A stretch of DNA of 64,000 nucleotides from a bacterium (GTDB lineage: Bacteria; SAR324; NAC60-12). Where the stretch lies: contig OZ242383.1 in assembly GCA_965209155.1 (NCBI GenBank), forward strand, positions 3,872,001 to 3,936,000. The letters are read 5' to 3'. The notes beneath the pieces were generated by a model. The model was not told where the DNA came from. It made no database searches and was given only the letters and a program-made list of their open reading frames with translations. Shown piece after piece: positions 51,270 to 61,050 of the stretch. How positions within the stretch are numbered: the first letter of the stretch is position 1; each line of letters begins with the position of its first letter. The translations under genes were made by a program, and so were the position numbers.

Positions 51270-51417
51270 ATCGCACCCTATGTTGATAATTTATAATTCC
51301 CATCTTTATACCCCCTTTAATTTCTTAAGAGGGGTCATAATAGAACCATTAGACTTTTTTCTAGTATGACTCAAATTTGTCTCTGCAATTTTCGTGCATA
51401 TCTACTATGTTTATCGC

Positions 51418-53022
51418 ATGTCGATAAAAAAAACTAAAGAAAATATTTCTAAAATATTCAAATTCAAAAATAAGAAGCGTTGGTTACCTCTAAGCATAGT
51501 GGTTGTATCCATCATTTTGTGGATTGGATTACGCTATACGGTTTCTCTCTCCATACTCAATTTGGAATGGCTGGTAGTTGCTTCTGTTGGGATGGCTTCC
51601 TGGTGTTGGTACTGCCGTTTGAGAATTATTGCCTGTATAATTCTCGCCGGGGGTATTATTTTGGCTTATCAACTGTTCATTTCTCTCCCATTCTTGCAGC
51701 AAAGCCTGGAAAAAGCCAAGTCTGAATCTCCTTCCGTATGGGTCCGTGGTCCAATAATCAAAGCCATTCTTCAAGGAAAGGATGTCCATCTCCATTTGGC
51801 TCCTGCAGAATTATTCTTTAAAGGAGAACGCCAACAATTTTTTGAGATCAAAGTGCAGTTATTGTCCAAGAGCCACTCCTTCAATTCCTTTTACTATCGT
51901 CGTCCCATACAACTCAGCGGTTTTTTGACGGGAGCCGACTTAGAAAACCAACGACTTGCTATATCGCTTAAGCAAGTTCTTTACCATACCAGCTATTCTC
52001 CACTAAATTCGTGGTATTATTTTGGAAAAATCGTACATCAGCACCTGAGAAACCGAGCAGCTTATTATCTACCAGCAGAAATTTTTTCCCTTTATTCCCG
52101 CTTGATGTTGGCACGAACGGTCTCACGCTCTGAGTCCTTGCAATTATTCAGGGCCACAGGTTTGGCACATCTCCTTGCGATCAGTGGACTTCATATTGGT
52201 TTACTATATTGGTTGGGATTGGCGTTTTTCAGACTGGTCGGACGATGTTCACAGCATATACTGCTATGGATTCATTTCTCCAATTTTTGTCAATTACTGA
52301 CCTTGACAGGGTTATGGTTATATGTGGCTTTGATAGCCCTTCATGTCCCCGCCCTGCGGGCAGTGGTCATGCTCACCATACTGGTCGTGATTCGCTGGCT
52401 GGGTCAATCGCAGGCTCCTTTGTATGCTCTTTTGAGCACTGCTTTTTTGTTCTTATGTTTTCGATCCGCGGTCATATATGACCTTTCTTTTCAGCTTTCA
52501 TTTGTCGCGGTTCTCTATATAATTCTAATATTACCTATTTTGAAGAACATTTCAAGAGATGTCTCCTACTGGCAATTTGTGATCATTTACATAAGGAATA
52601 GCATTTGGAATAGCATTTGGGTCACTGGATCAGTTCTTGTTGGCATCTGGCCGATTCTTCTCACTCATTTCCATCAGCTCTCTCTGGAAGTGTTTTGGTT
52701 GAATATCATCATGCTACCTATGTTGGCATTTCTGATATTGCCGGTTTGTTTTACCGCTTTATTCATCAGTCTTTTCAATTGGCAGGCATTGCCGTTCGGT
52801 ATTTGGGAAAAAACTGCCTTTCAGGGAGTCGAATGGGTTTTAAGAATATGGCTGGAAACTTTACGCGAGGTTCATAGTTGGGGAGGATGGGCAACAATTC
52901 AAATGGAATTGCATTGGAGTGGCTGGCAATACGGATTGTATTATCTCTCCACGATTCTTTTATTACGCATTCTTGCTCAGAAAAAAGAAGAGATTCTCGG
53001 GAATTTGAAAAAGCTTCAATGA
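51418..53022 (+). CDS. comEC: ComEC/Rec2 competence membrane protein (no C-terminal metallo-beta-lactamase domain visible)
   Basis: GLAHLLAISGLHIG, LRAVVM, SFQLSF. Confidence 0.85.
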   Translation: MSIKKTKENISKIFKFKNKKRWLPLSIVVVSIILWIGLRYTVSLSILNLEWLVVASVGMASWCWYCRLRIIACIILAGGIILAYQLFISLPFLQQSLEKAKSESPSVWVRGPIIKAILQGKDVHLHLAPAELFFKGERQQFFEIKVQLLSKSHSFNSFYYRRPIQLSGFLTGADLENQRLAISLKQVLYHTSYSPLNSWYYFGKIVHQHLRNRAAYYLPAEIFSLYSRLMLARTVSRSESLQLFRATGLAHLLAISGLHIGLLYWLGLAFFRLVGRCSQHILLWIHFSNFCQLLTLTGLWLYVALIALHVPALRAVVMLTILVVIRWLGQSQAPLYALLSTAFLFLCFRSAVIYDLSFQLSFVAVLYIILILPILKNISRDVSYWQFVIIYIRNSIWNSIWVTGSVLVGIWPILLTHFHQLSLEVFWLNIIMLPMLAFLILPVCFTALFISLFNWQALPFGIWEKTAFQGVEWVLRIWLETLREVHSWGGWATIQMELHWSGWQYGLYYLSTILLLRILAQKKEEILGNLKKLQ

Positions 53023-54332
53023 TTATGCTCAAATTACTCGTCATTGCTGATGATCTAACGGGGGCCAATGAAGTGGCGGTTCAGTTTGCTAAAAAAAATA
53101 TTGCTACATTGGTCGTTCTGGATTGGCGTGAAGAGTGGATTGTAGGATCAGATGAATTCCAAGTGGTTGCGGTTAATACAGATTCACGTCATGTATCCGT
53201 CAATGAAGCACAGCAACGGATGCGCACAGTTTTGAAGGCAGCTACTTCTTGGCAAAATCCATTTATCTATAAAAAGATTGACTCGACCTTAAGAGGTAAT
53301 GTTGCAGCGGAATTGGATATGATGAGGACGTGTCTTGGAGAGGAAAAGAGTATGCTTATTCCCGCAAACCCTTCGATGGGAAGAACAGTTGAACAAGGGG
53401 TGATTTTTGTACAAGGGGAACCCTTGTCGGGGAGCGCATACGCTGGGGATCCATTGGAACCCACACAGGAAAGTAGCGTAGTCAGAAAGCTCCAATGCCA
53501 AATCGATGCGCCATATCATTTAATTACCCGGGACATTTTAAAAAAATTCCACACCCATAAACAAAATATTTTTCAAGAAATTGGTTGTTATGTATTTGAT
53601 TCTGCCTCCGAACAGGATTTACGTCGGATAGGAAGATTATTGTTTCGAGAAAACCTGACAAAAGTTCTGGCCGGATCAGGAGGATTTGCTGCTCTTTTGA
53701 CTGAATTCATTGAATTCAAAAATGACTCCATTCATACTCTGCAAAAATCAAAACGACGACTTCTCATCAATGGAAGCCTCAATCCTGTTGTCCATGAACA
53801 AATTCAGTGGGCGCGATCTCATGCGATTCCGGTCTTTACACTTGAACATCAAAGATTCGATCGTGAAGAAAGCATAATGATGGATAATCAATACCTCTTG
53901 TCAAACTGGCTGTTTGGGGCCTACCAAAAAAGTCAAATAACCGTTTTGACGACTCCCTCTCGTGAGAAATTGAACAATGCGTCAACTTCATTTCATGATA
54001 AGGCTTCGAAATGGAATAATTATTTAGGGATGCTCATTGCTTCACTCCTTCAAGTAATTCAAATTGAAGTACTGGTAATTTTTGGAGGCGATACCGCGCT
54101 GGCCATATTGAAGGCATTACAGCTTAAACGTATGGAAGCGGTGAGTGAAATCATACCTGGGGTAGCTCTTCTCAAACCATTGAATGGCATGACAAATCCA
54201 ATTTACATAGTAACCAGGCCAGGCGGATTTGGCGAAGAGAATCATATAGGTTTAATTGAAAATTTTTTTAAAAATGGATCAAATGAAACCAGTCGGAATC
54301 ACGATGGGAGACGCCAACGGGGTGGGTCCTGA
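53019..54332 (+). CDS. Four-carbon acid sugar kinase family (DUF1537, DtnK/OtnK-like)
   Basis: IADDLTGA, TDSRH, YKKIDSTLRGN, FGGDTA, GGFG. Confidence 0.88.
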   Translation: MIMLKLLVIADDLTGANEVAVQFAKKNIATLVVLDWREEWIVGSDEFQVVAVNTDSRHVSVNEAQQRMRTVLKAATSWQNPFIYKKIDSTLRGNVAAELDMMRTCLGEEKSMLIPANPSMGRTVEQGVIFVQGEPLSGSAYAGDPLEPTQESSVVRKLQCQIDAPYHLITRDILKKFHTHKQNIFQEIGCYVFDSASEQDLRRIGRLLFRENLTKVLAGSGGFAALLTEFIEFKNDSIHTLQKSKRRLLINGSLNPVVHEQIQWARSHAIPVFTLEHQRFDREESIMMDNQYLLSNWLFGAYQKSQITVLTTPSREKLNNASTSFHDKASKWNNYLGMLIASLLQVIQIEVLVIFGGDTALAILKALQLKRMEAVSEIIPGVALLKPLNGMTNPIYIVTRPGGFGEENHIGLIENFFKNGSNETSRNHDGRRQRGGS

Positions 54333-55251
54333 AATCGTCTTGAACGCTTTCAAGAAAAATGAATTGCCAAGCGATGTATTGGTCATCGGCGATTATTCCA
54401 TATTGGATTACTGTAATCGTTTTTTAAAGCTGGAAGTACCTTTGAAGCGCATCCAATCGTCCGAACATTTACAACCGCAATGTTTAAATGTTTGCGATCA
54501 AGGATTGTTAACTCCCGAAGACTTGAAGATTGGTCAAATCTCAGAATCTGTAGGAAGTGCCAGTCTCGCTTATGTCAAACAAGCAACTCAAATGTGTCTT
54601 GAGAAAAAGCTACGGGCGCTGGCGACATTGCCTGTGAATAAAGCTGCTATCCAATTAAGGAATCCCGACTTTACCGGACACACTGGATTTCTCGCAGAGT
54701 TGTGTGGTATTTCCAATTACACAATGATGCTGGTCTCGGACGCGTTGATTGTCAGCCATCTTTCCACCCATGTTTCTCTCAGAAAAGCCATTGAGTTGGT
54801 AAAAAAAAAGAATATTCTGGAAGTGATCAAGTTAACGCACGAGGTACTATTAAAATTGAGGCAGCGTCAACGGATTGCCGTTGCCGGACTCAATCCCCAT
54901 GCAGGTGAAGACGGAGCCTTTGGAAATGAAGAATTTGAGGAAATTATTCCTGCAATCGAGGAGGCGCGTAAACAGGGATTTGAGATCATTGGCCCTTTTC
55001 CTCCAGATACGATTTTTCGAGAAGCCAATAAAAAATTCGATGCCATTGTTGCCATGTATCATGATCAAGGGCATATTCCGGCAAAATTGATTGATTTTAA
55101 AGGAGCAATCAATGTGACTTTGGGACTCAATATCACGCGAACTTCCGTCGATCATGGTACCGCTTATGACATTGCTTATCAAAATTCAGCTTGGACTGAC
55201 AGCCTGCGAGATGCGGTAAGGCTTGCCATACGATTATCCAACGTAGATTAG
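54283..55251 (+). CDS. pdxA: 4-hydroxythreonine-4-phosphate / D-threonate-4-phosphate dehydrogenase (PdxA/PdxA2)
   Basis: GITMGDANGVGPE, GHT, GLNPHAGE, AMYHDQG, RTSVDHGTA. Confidence 0.92.
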   Translation: MKPVGITMGDANGVGPEIVLNAFKKNELPSDVLVIGDYSILDYCNRFLKLEVPLKRIQSSEHLQPQCLNVCDQGLLTPEDLKIGQISESVGSASLAYVKQATQMCLEKKLRALATLPVNKAAIQLRNPDFTGHTGFLAELCGISNYTMMLVSDALIVSHLSTHVSLRKAIELVKKKNILEVIKLTHEVLLKLRQRQRIAVAGLNPHAGEDGAFGNEEFEEIIPAIEEARKQGFEIIGPFPPDTIFREANKKFDAIVAMYHDQGHIPAKLIDFKGAINVTLGLNITRTSVDHGTAYDIAYQNSAWTDSLRDAVRLAIRLSNVD

Positions 55252-55488
55252 CAATTCCAAGTTTACCTTCCCGGGATATTAATCGCCTTCAATGCCTCAC
55301 GTTGAAATCTGTCACTAAGAACGAAAAGCTTGAGGAAGCTCTCAAAGTGTGAAAATATTCATTCACAATTCACTGAATAGTTCATATACAGGGTTCTTCC
55401 ATTGAATGAAGACTGTCCATAATCAAAGCAAACCATCGTTGAAAAGATGGTTTGGACCGAGTAATTTTTAGATTTAAAGAGAGGATTT

Positions 55489-56250
55489 ATGAGTTCAGAA
55501 AAATTCACGTTAAGCCATTCCGATATATTGGAATTAAAACGCTGGAACACACCTACAATTTACAATGGATGGGAAATGATCACCAAGCATGATCGTACAA
55601 AGGACGCCATCAATTTGGAAGAAATCAAAGATTATATGCCACAAATGGGTCCTATGGTAGGATATGCGGTAACCTTGCAATTCAAAGCCAGTGACGGGGA
55701 GTATCAAGCAGCAAATCGTGGCAATGTAATGAGTTATAGAGAATATATGGCCTCGATTCCCGGCCCAAAAATCGCAGTAGTAGAGGATTTAGACAAACCG
55801 GCAACGATTGGTTCATTTTGGGGTGAAGTCAATGCCAATATCCATCGTAGTTTGGGGTGTGTGGGTACGATCACCGATGGCGCTATCCGCGATGTTGACG
55901 AAATGACCAATGCCGGATTCAAAGGAATCGCCCGCCGCTTATGCGTTGGCCATGGATACAATGTTCCCGTCAAATGGAATTGCGAAGTACAAGTATTCGG
56001 TCAGACGATTCAACCGGGTCAATTGATTCATGCGGATAAACATGGTTTTCTCGTCATCCCCGATGACGATTTGCCTCGCATCCTGGAAGCTTCCCGTTTT
56101 ATGGACGGCAATGAATGCAAGACTGTTATCACAGCTGCTCGTTCCACTATCGGACTTTCCAAAGAAAAAATATTGCAAAATCTGGCAGATGCCGGCCAGG
56201 CTTTCGGTAAGGCAGCAAGGGAAAAGCTACAGAGTTCGGGCGAATGGTAA
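55489..56250 (+). CDS. RraA/HMG-aldolase family protein
   Basis: NTPTIYNG, WGEVNA, TDGAIRDVDE, PGQLIHADKHG. Confidence 0.85.
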   Translation: MSSEKFTLSHSDILELKRWNTPTIYNGWEMITKHDRTKDAINLEEIKDYMPQMGPMVGYAVTLQFKASDGEYQAANRGNVMSYREYMASIPGPKIAVVEDLDKPATIGSFWGEVNANIHRSLGCVGTITDGAIRDVDEMTNAGFKGIARRLCVGHGYNVPVKWNCEVQVFGQTIQPGQLIHADKHGFLVIPDDDLPRILEASRFMDGNECKTVITAARSTIGLSKEKILQNLADAGQAFGKAAREKLQSSGEW

Positions 56251-56327
56251 GTTCTCGAACCTTTGTTGATTCCTGGTTTCCCAAATAATCTACAATTCGT
56301 CTCAGCAAATCACAAGGAGATGTTTTC

Positions 56328-57500
56328 ATGAACTTAAACATGCACCTGTGTTTTCCTCAAAACGCCAAGGGCGCTTTGCTACTTGGTAGAGTCTGGAAAG
56401 GCGGATTTGAGGGGGGGCCTTGTATTGTGGTTATCGAAGGAGATCAGGTATTTGATATCAGTCCCGCTTATCCGCTGATGGCGGAATTGCTCAACCAAAC
56501 CGACCTCAATAGTCGTTTGCTCCAAGTTCGCAAAGAGCAATTGGGAAGCGTATACACCATTCTGGAAAATAGCGATCCGAATGTTCGCGATCCGGAACAA
56601 CCCTACTTTCTGGCACCTTGCGATTTGCAAACCATCAAAGCTTGTGGGGTGACTTTTGCCAATTCCATGCTGGAACGTCTGGTGGAAGAACAGTCCCAAG
56701 GCGACCCTGCCAAAGCCAGTCAGTTTCGGCAGTCCCTGGAAGGCGAGCTAAATGTGGATCTGGCTAAAATCAAACCGGGGTCTCGGGAAGCAGAAAACGT
56801 CAAACAAGCGTTACTTAAAAAAAATCTCTGGTCACCTTATCTTGAAGTGGGAATCGGTCCGGATGCCGAAGTATTTTCAAAGGCTTCTCCCATGGCGGCT
56901 ATAGGCACTGGTGAAACCTTGGGAATTCGTTCTGATTCCTCATGGAACAATCCGGAGCCGGAAATCGTTTTGGTGATAAATGCTGATGCTAAAATTGTCG
57001 GTGTCACTTTGGGTAACGATGTGAATTTACGAGATATCGAAGGACGCAGCGCTTTGTTACTGGGAAAGGCTAAAGACAATAATGCCTCTTGCGTGATTGG
57101 TCCTTTTATCCGCCTTTTCAATGAAACTTATTCTTTGGATGATGTACGGGTGGCCGAATTAACCGTGGAGGTATTTGGAACGGAGGGATTTACTATGAAA
57201 GCAGAAAGCACTTTGACCAAGATCAGCCGCGATGTAGAAGATTTGGTTGCCCAGACTATTGGAAAGCATCACCAATATCCAGATGGATTGATGCTCTTTA
57301 CCGGCACCTTATTTGCTCCCACTATGGACCGTGATCAACCTGGAGAAGGATTCACCCACAAAACTGGAGACGTTGTCAAGATAACCTCTCCTCAATTGGG
57401 CTGTTTGCTCAATCGTGTTGCATATTGCCAAGATCTACCACGCTGGGAATTTGGTAGCGTTGCTCTATTTCGAAATTTAGCCAAACGGGGATTGCTATAA
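56328..57500 (+). CDS. Fumarylacetoacetate hydrolase family protein
   Basis: KACGVTF, WNNPEPE, GNDVNLRDIEGRSALLLGKAKD, HQYPDG. Confidence 0.88.
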   Translation: MNLNMHLCFPQNAKGALLLGRVWKGGFEGGPCIVVIEGDQVFDISPAYPLMAELLNQTDLNSRLLQVRKEQLGSVYTILENSDPNVRDPEQPYFLAPCDLQTIKACGVTFANSMLERLVEEQSQGDPAKASQFRQSLEGELNVDLAKIKPGSREAENVKQALLKKNLWSPYLEVGIGPDAEVFSKASPMAAIGTGETLGIRSDSSWNNPEPEIVLVINADAKIVGVTLGNDVNLRDIEGRSALLLGKAKDNNASCVIGPFIRLFNETYSLDDVRVAELTVEVFGTEGFTMKAESTLTKISRDVEDLVAQTIGKHHQYPDGLMLFTGTLFAPTMDRDQPGEGFTHKTGDVVKITSPQLGCLLNRVAYCQDLPRWEFGSVALFRNLAKRGLL

Positions 57501-57589
57501 GACCATGGTCTGTGCCCACTCTATATCCACCAACCCTTTTCAAATCGATTCCTCGATATCCTCCAAGAAGTAAGTTGTAATTCAATCTA

Positions 57590-58093
57590 TTAATCCCTCC
57601 CGACGTGGTTCAGAGTGCCATTTGTTATGTTGATTGCGAATGCCTGGCCAAATCCAACTACGTATTGTCCACATTCCGGCTTTAAAGCGAATAGATGAAA
57701 ATCCGGTAAATTGCGTAATATCGCGACAACTTCTCCAAATTTTTTCTGCATTGCTTGCAATTGAACGTCAAATGCAACTTCGTTGGGTTGGATTTTATCG
57801 ACACGACAGCTAAAAACGATACGTTCACGCGCAAAGAGGTTGCTGGATTCAGATTCAGGACGAATGAACAATATGGATGCTTGTTGATTTTCCAGCAAAT
57901 TCGCTGTGTGTTGAGCCAATTCACTGACATAAATATAAAACGTACCGTCGTGATCTCGCACATAAGGCGCATAACTGATATGGGGAAGATTGTCTTTGGA
58001 AATACTTGCAAGGATCAGGGTCTGCTGCGAAGAAATCAGTTCATGATAAGCATTGGTGATCTTTCTCGATGACTCTGGACTGACTTCACTCAT
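57590..58093 (-). CDS. Pyridoxamine-5-phosphate oxidase-like split-barrel protein (HutZ/HugZ-like)
   Basis: PHISYAPY, YVSELAQHTANL, FARERI, LPDFHLF, VVGFGQAF. Confidence 0.8.
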   Translation of the reverse strand: MSEVSPESSRKITNAYHELISSQQTLILASISKDNLPHISYAPYVRDHDGTFYIYVSELAQHTANLLENQQASILFIRPESESSNLFARERIVFSCRVDKIQPNEVAFDVQLQAMQKKFGEVVAILRNLPDFHLFALKPECGQYVVGFGQAFAINITNGTLNHVGRD

Positions 58094-58189
58094 GAAAATT
58101 CTCCTTATTCACCGTGCAGAGGAAAACCATTGTTCGGAATCAAAAAAATAGATGCATAATCCAACTCACAATATGTTTATAGTATTTTT

Positions 58190-58320
58190 ATGCGAATCAG
58201 GATTTAAAAAACATGTCATTCCTGGCTTGACCAGGAATCCAGGGGAATACGGGCGATATTTTGGATGCCGGATCATCCCAGACTTGATCCGGGACCAGCA
58301 TGATCCGGGACCAGCATGAC
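58190..58320. repeat. REP-like palindromic repeat cluster
   Basis: 58215-58242 is the exact reverse complement of 32222-32249; also a 16-bp tandem tgatccgggaccagca x2. Confidence 0.75.
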
Positions 58321-58454
58321 ACATCATAATCAGGGCTTGCTGAAAAACTTTACTTTTTAAGATCAGAGTTGTTCTTTTTGAAGTAACGCATACTCTCTCA
58401 AACTTACTTTTGTAGGGTGAAAAATGGAAGTCCACAGCAGGCGCACCTCGTATT

Positions 58455-58931
58455 TCAGGCATCGCGCCATTGTTTTCCGCGTTTTATGACAGGTTCCAAT
58501 AATCCATAATCCAGTTCATCCACATGATAACCTTCGGGAAAAGGGGGACGTGCCTCCAGTCCCAGGCCCTCAAAAACCTGATCATGCTGGTAGTAGCAGA
58601 CCATGACCAATTTGCCGAAATGCTCTAGAAATTCGTGCTGTGAAACGCGTAAATTTTCAATCAAACTTTCTTTCAATGCTTGAGACAGTTCAGCGAAGTC
58701 AGCGTTGTGATTCTCAAGGGAGGTTTGGTGGATGGCACGGAGTCCCTGTGGGAGATCGTGCCCATAAAACTGGGGATCAAACTCCAGGAGAAATTCCTGA
58801 AAACCGACTTCATTTGCGCCAGGCATGTTGACCTCCGGATTCGCGGGGATCACCATCTCCAGCAATGCCTCAAGCGTGCGCTTCTGCTGCGGGTCTAAGT
58901 GTTGTTCAGCAGGACTTGTTTTGTTGTCCAT
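58455..58931 (-). CDS. Gluconate 2-dehydrogenase subunit 3-like partner of the GMC oxidoreductase
   Basis: MVIPA..MPGA, CYYQ..V, RPPFPEGY; directly downstream of the GMC gene. Confidence 0.7.
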   Translation of the reverse strand: MDNKTSPAEQHLDPQQKRTLEALLEMVIPANPEVNMPGANEVGFQEFLLEFDPQFYGHDLPQGLRAIHQTSLENHNADFAELSQALKESLIENLRVSQHEFLEHFGKLVMVCYYQHDQVFEGLGLEARPPFPEGYHVDELDYGLLEPVIKRGKQWRDA

Positions 58932-58938
58932 AAGTGTT

Positions 58939-60561
58939 TTAATCAAATAAATTTGTAATGTTTTTCTTGATGGAATCGGCAATATATAAAGACAGGGACT
59001 GGAGGGTATTTGTCGGATTACAAGCCGATGATGTGACAAAAATGCTGGCATCCACAATAAAGAGATTACGCACATCGTGACTACGGCCCCATTCATTGAC
59101 CACTGAATTTGATGGATCTTTCCCCATTCGTGCGGTTCCCATCAGGTGCCAGCCACTGCCCCGGACAAGCCCCTCGAATTCCGTTTTCCAGGCACCAGCC
59201 GCCTCCATGAGTTCTCTCCCTCTGGCAAGGGCATGAGTCATCATTCTTTTAGAGTTTTCACTATATCGGTAGGTGATTTTTGGCGCAGGGATCCCGTTTG
59301 AATCTTTTAATTCCTGGTCCAGGGTGACTTGATTACATGCTTCCGGCAGATCTTCGCAAAGAATGTCCGTCATGATGCTGGTGCCAAAATGTTTTTTGAA
59401 CATCTCATGATGTTGAGATCCCCAGGGTATTTCCTCTCCATGAACAAGGGCCGTGGTTGTGGGCCCAGGTGCCTTAATGATGGAGAGGGTGTAACCTCTG
59501 ACAAAATCCAAGTCCGGATTGGTTTCACTAAATTCATGGCTGGTAATGCCATTCATCACAGGCCCTATTTGAAAATTTGATCCTTCCTTGAAATACCCAA
59601 CAACCTTCCCCCAAGGATGCAGCATCAGATTCTTGCCAACCAGACCCGAGTGATTGGCAAGGCCATCGGGGAACTGTGAAGTGCTTGAGTTGAGAAGCAG
59701 CCTGGGTGTGCCGACCGCATTGCAAGCGAGGATGACCACTTCCGCCTTTTGTCGGTTCTCCCGGCCCTCCGCATCAAAATAAATAACCCCGTCAGCCATG
59801 CCTTGGGAATTGAGGGTAATCTCACGCACCCGACAGTTGGTTTTGAGTTCAACTCCTTTTTTTCTGAGAGCCAGGGGCCAGTAAGTGACATCCGGAGTGG
59901 CTTTTGCTCCCTGGGCGCATCCGGAATTGCAGGTTCCCAGATTGATGCACTTATCTCGGCCTTGATAGGGTTGACTGACAATCGCTCGGTCTGCCGTCCA
60001 CCAGTGCCATCCCAGTTTATTGAATCCTCTTGCAATGACATTGCCCATTTCTCCACTCGCGATGGGAGGCAGCGGGGGTTTCTTAGGAGGGTAGGCAGGA
60101 TCCCCCTCCAGACCAGAGACCCCGTTTATGAGGTCATTTTGATGATAGTAGGGTTCGAGTTGTTGATAGCTGATGGGCCAGTCCTCGGCCACGCCATCCA
60201 AGCTTTTCACTCTAAAATCCGAGGGATGGAATCGAGGATAAAATCCACTGAAATTAATAGTCGTGCCTCCTACAGCATTATAGTTAAAGATTTGAACAGC
60301 TGATTCCTCATCGTTGATCGGGTAATCGGCTTTACGATTTCGATCGTTTGGACTCAGGGACATTTCATTTTTTTTTAGATTGAGCCAACGGCCTTCTCTG
60401 CCTTCCCAATCACGAAAATTACTGGGGTAGTCCGCCTGTTTCATATAATCACCCTGTTCCATGCACATGATTCGTGCGCCTGTATCCGCCAAGCTCCAAG
60501 TGGCAGCGGCTCCAGAAGGCCCTGAACCAATGATTAAGAAATCCACAATTTCTTCTGCCAT
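58939..60561 (-). CDS. GMC-family flavoprotein oxidoreductase
   Basis: IIGSGPSG, VGGTT, CINLGTCNSGC, HLMGTARMG, NPTNT. Confidence 0.92.
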   Translation of the reverse strand: MAEEIVDFLIIGSGPSGAAATWSLADTGARIMCMEQGDYMKQADYPSNFRDWEGREGRWLNLKKNEMSLSPNDRNRKADYPINDEESAVQIFNYNAVGGTTINFSGFYPRFHPSDFRVKSLDGVAEDWPISYQQLEPYYHQNDLINGVSGLEGDPAYPPKKPPLPPIASGEMGNVIARGFNKLGWHWWTADRAIVSQPYQGRDKCINLGTCNSGCAQGAKATPDVTYWPLALRKKGVELKTNCRVREITLNSQGMADGVIYFDAEGRENRQKAEVVILACNAVGTPRLLLNSSTSQFPDGLANHSGLVGKNLMLHPWGKVVGYFKEGSNFQIGPVMNGITSHEFSETNPDLDFVRGYTLSIIKAPGPTTTALVHGEEIPWGSQHHEMFKKHFGTSIMTDILCEDLPEACNQVTLDQELKDSNGIPAPKITYRYSENSKRMMTHALARGRELMEAAGAWKTEFEGLVRGSGWHLMGTARMGKDPSNSVVNEWGRSHDVRNLFIVDASIFVTSSACNPTNTLQSLSLYIADSIKKNITNLFD

Positions 60562-60591
60562 GATTATTCCTTTTTATATACTGTTCACTGT

Positions 60592-60793
60592 TTATTGCAG
60601 GCTTGCTTGATCCCCGTCTTCATCATAATGGATCCTACCTCGGTTGTCGAGTGCCAAAGCACGTCGGGTGCCCTCTTCTCGGTAACGAACCATGGCTGAT
60701 TCTTTGGTTCCATAATCCACAAGAACAGAATATCCACAATCATGAAACGCTTCGGGATACCATCTTACCGCCCCAGTAGCCTGAGACCAGGCC
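60592..60793 (-). pseudogene. Mosaic scraps: OppC fragment plus PhyH-like N-terminal fragment
   Basis: GLVSGYWGGK (60764-60793) vs GLISGYWGGK in the permease at 2377; VDYGTKESAMVRYREEGTRRALALDNRGRIHYDEDG (within 60592-60720). Confidence 0.45.
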
Positions 60794-61050
60794 GTGATTT
60801 TATTTGGGCTTGATCTTATTTGAATTAAATTTTAACTCTTGATTCACGTTATTTTTATGTGCGCCTTTCAATTGAAGGAAAGAAGACCTTGGATTGGAGG
60901 CTTCTTTTACGTTTTGTTACAGCGCCGTAACCGCCTTAGCCATTTTAGAGGATGAAGGATAAATCTTTCATACTCAGCATCCGCCCCATTTGGAAACCTT
61001 GATGGGCAACCCGAATCGCGGAAGCTCAACGACGATTCGGCAATTCGGAA

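Noticed and set aside
52595..52618. 12-bp in-frame duplication (NSIW NSIW) in comEC
   Set aside because: Real but trivial slippage with no evidence of function
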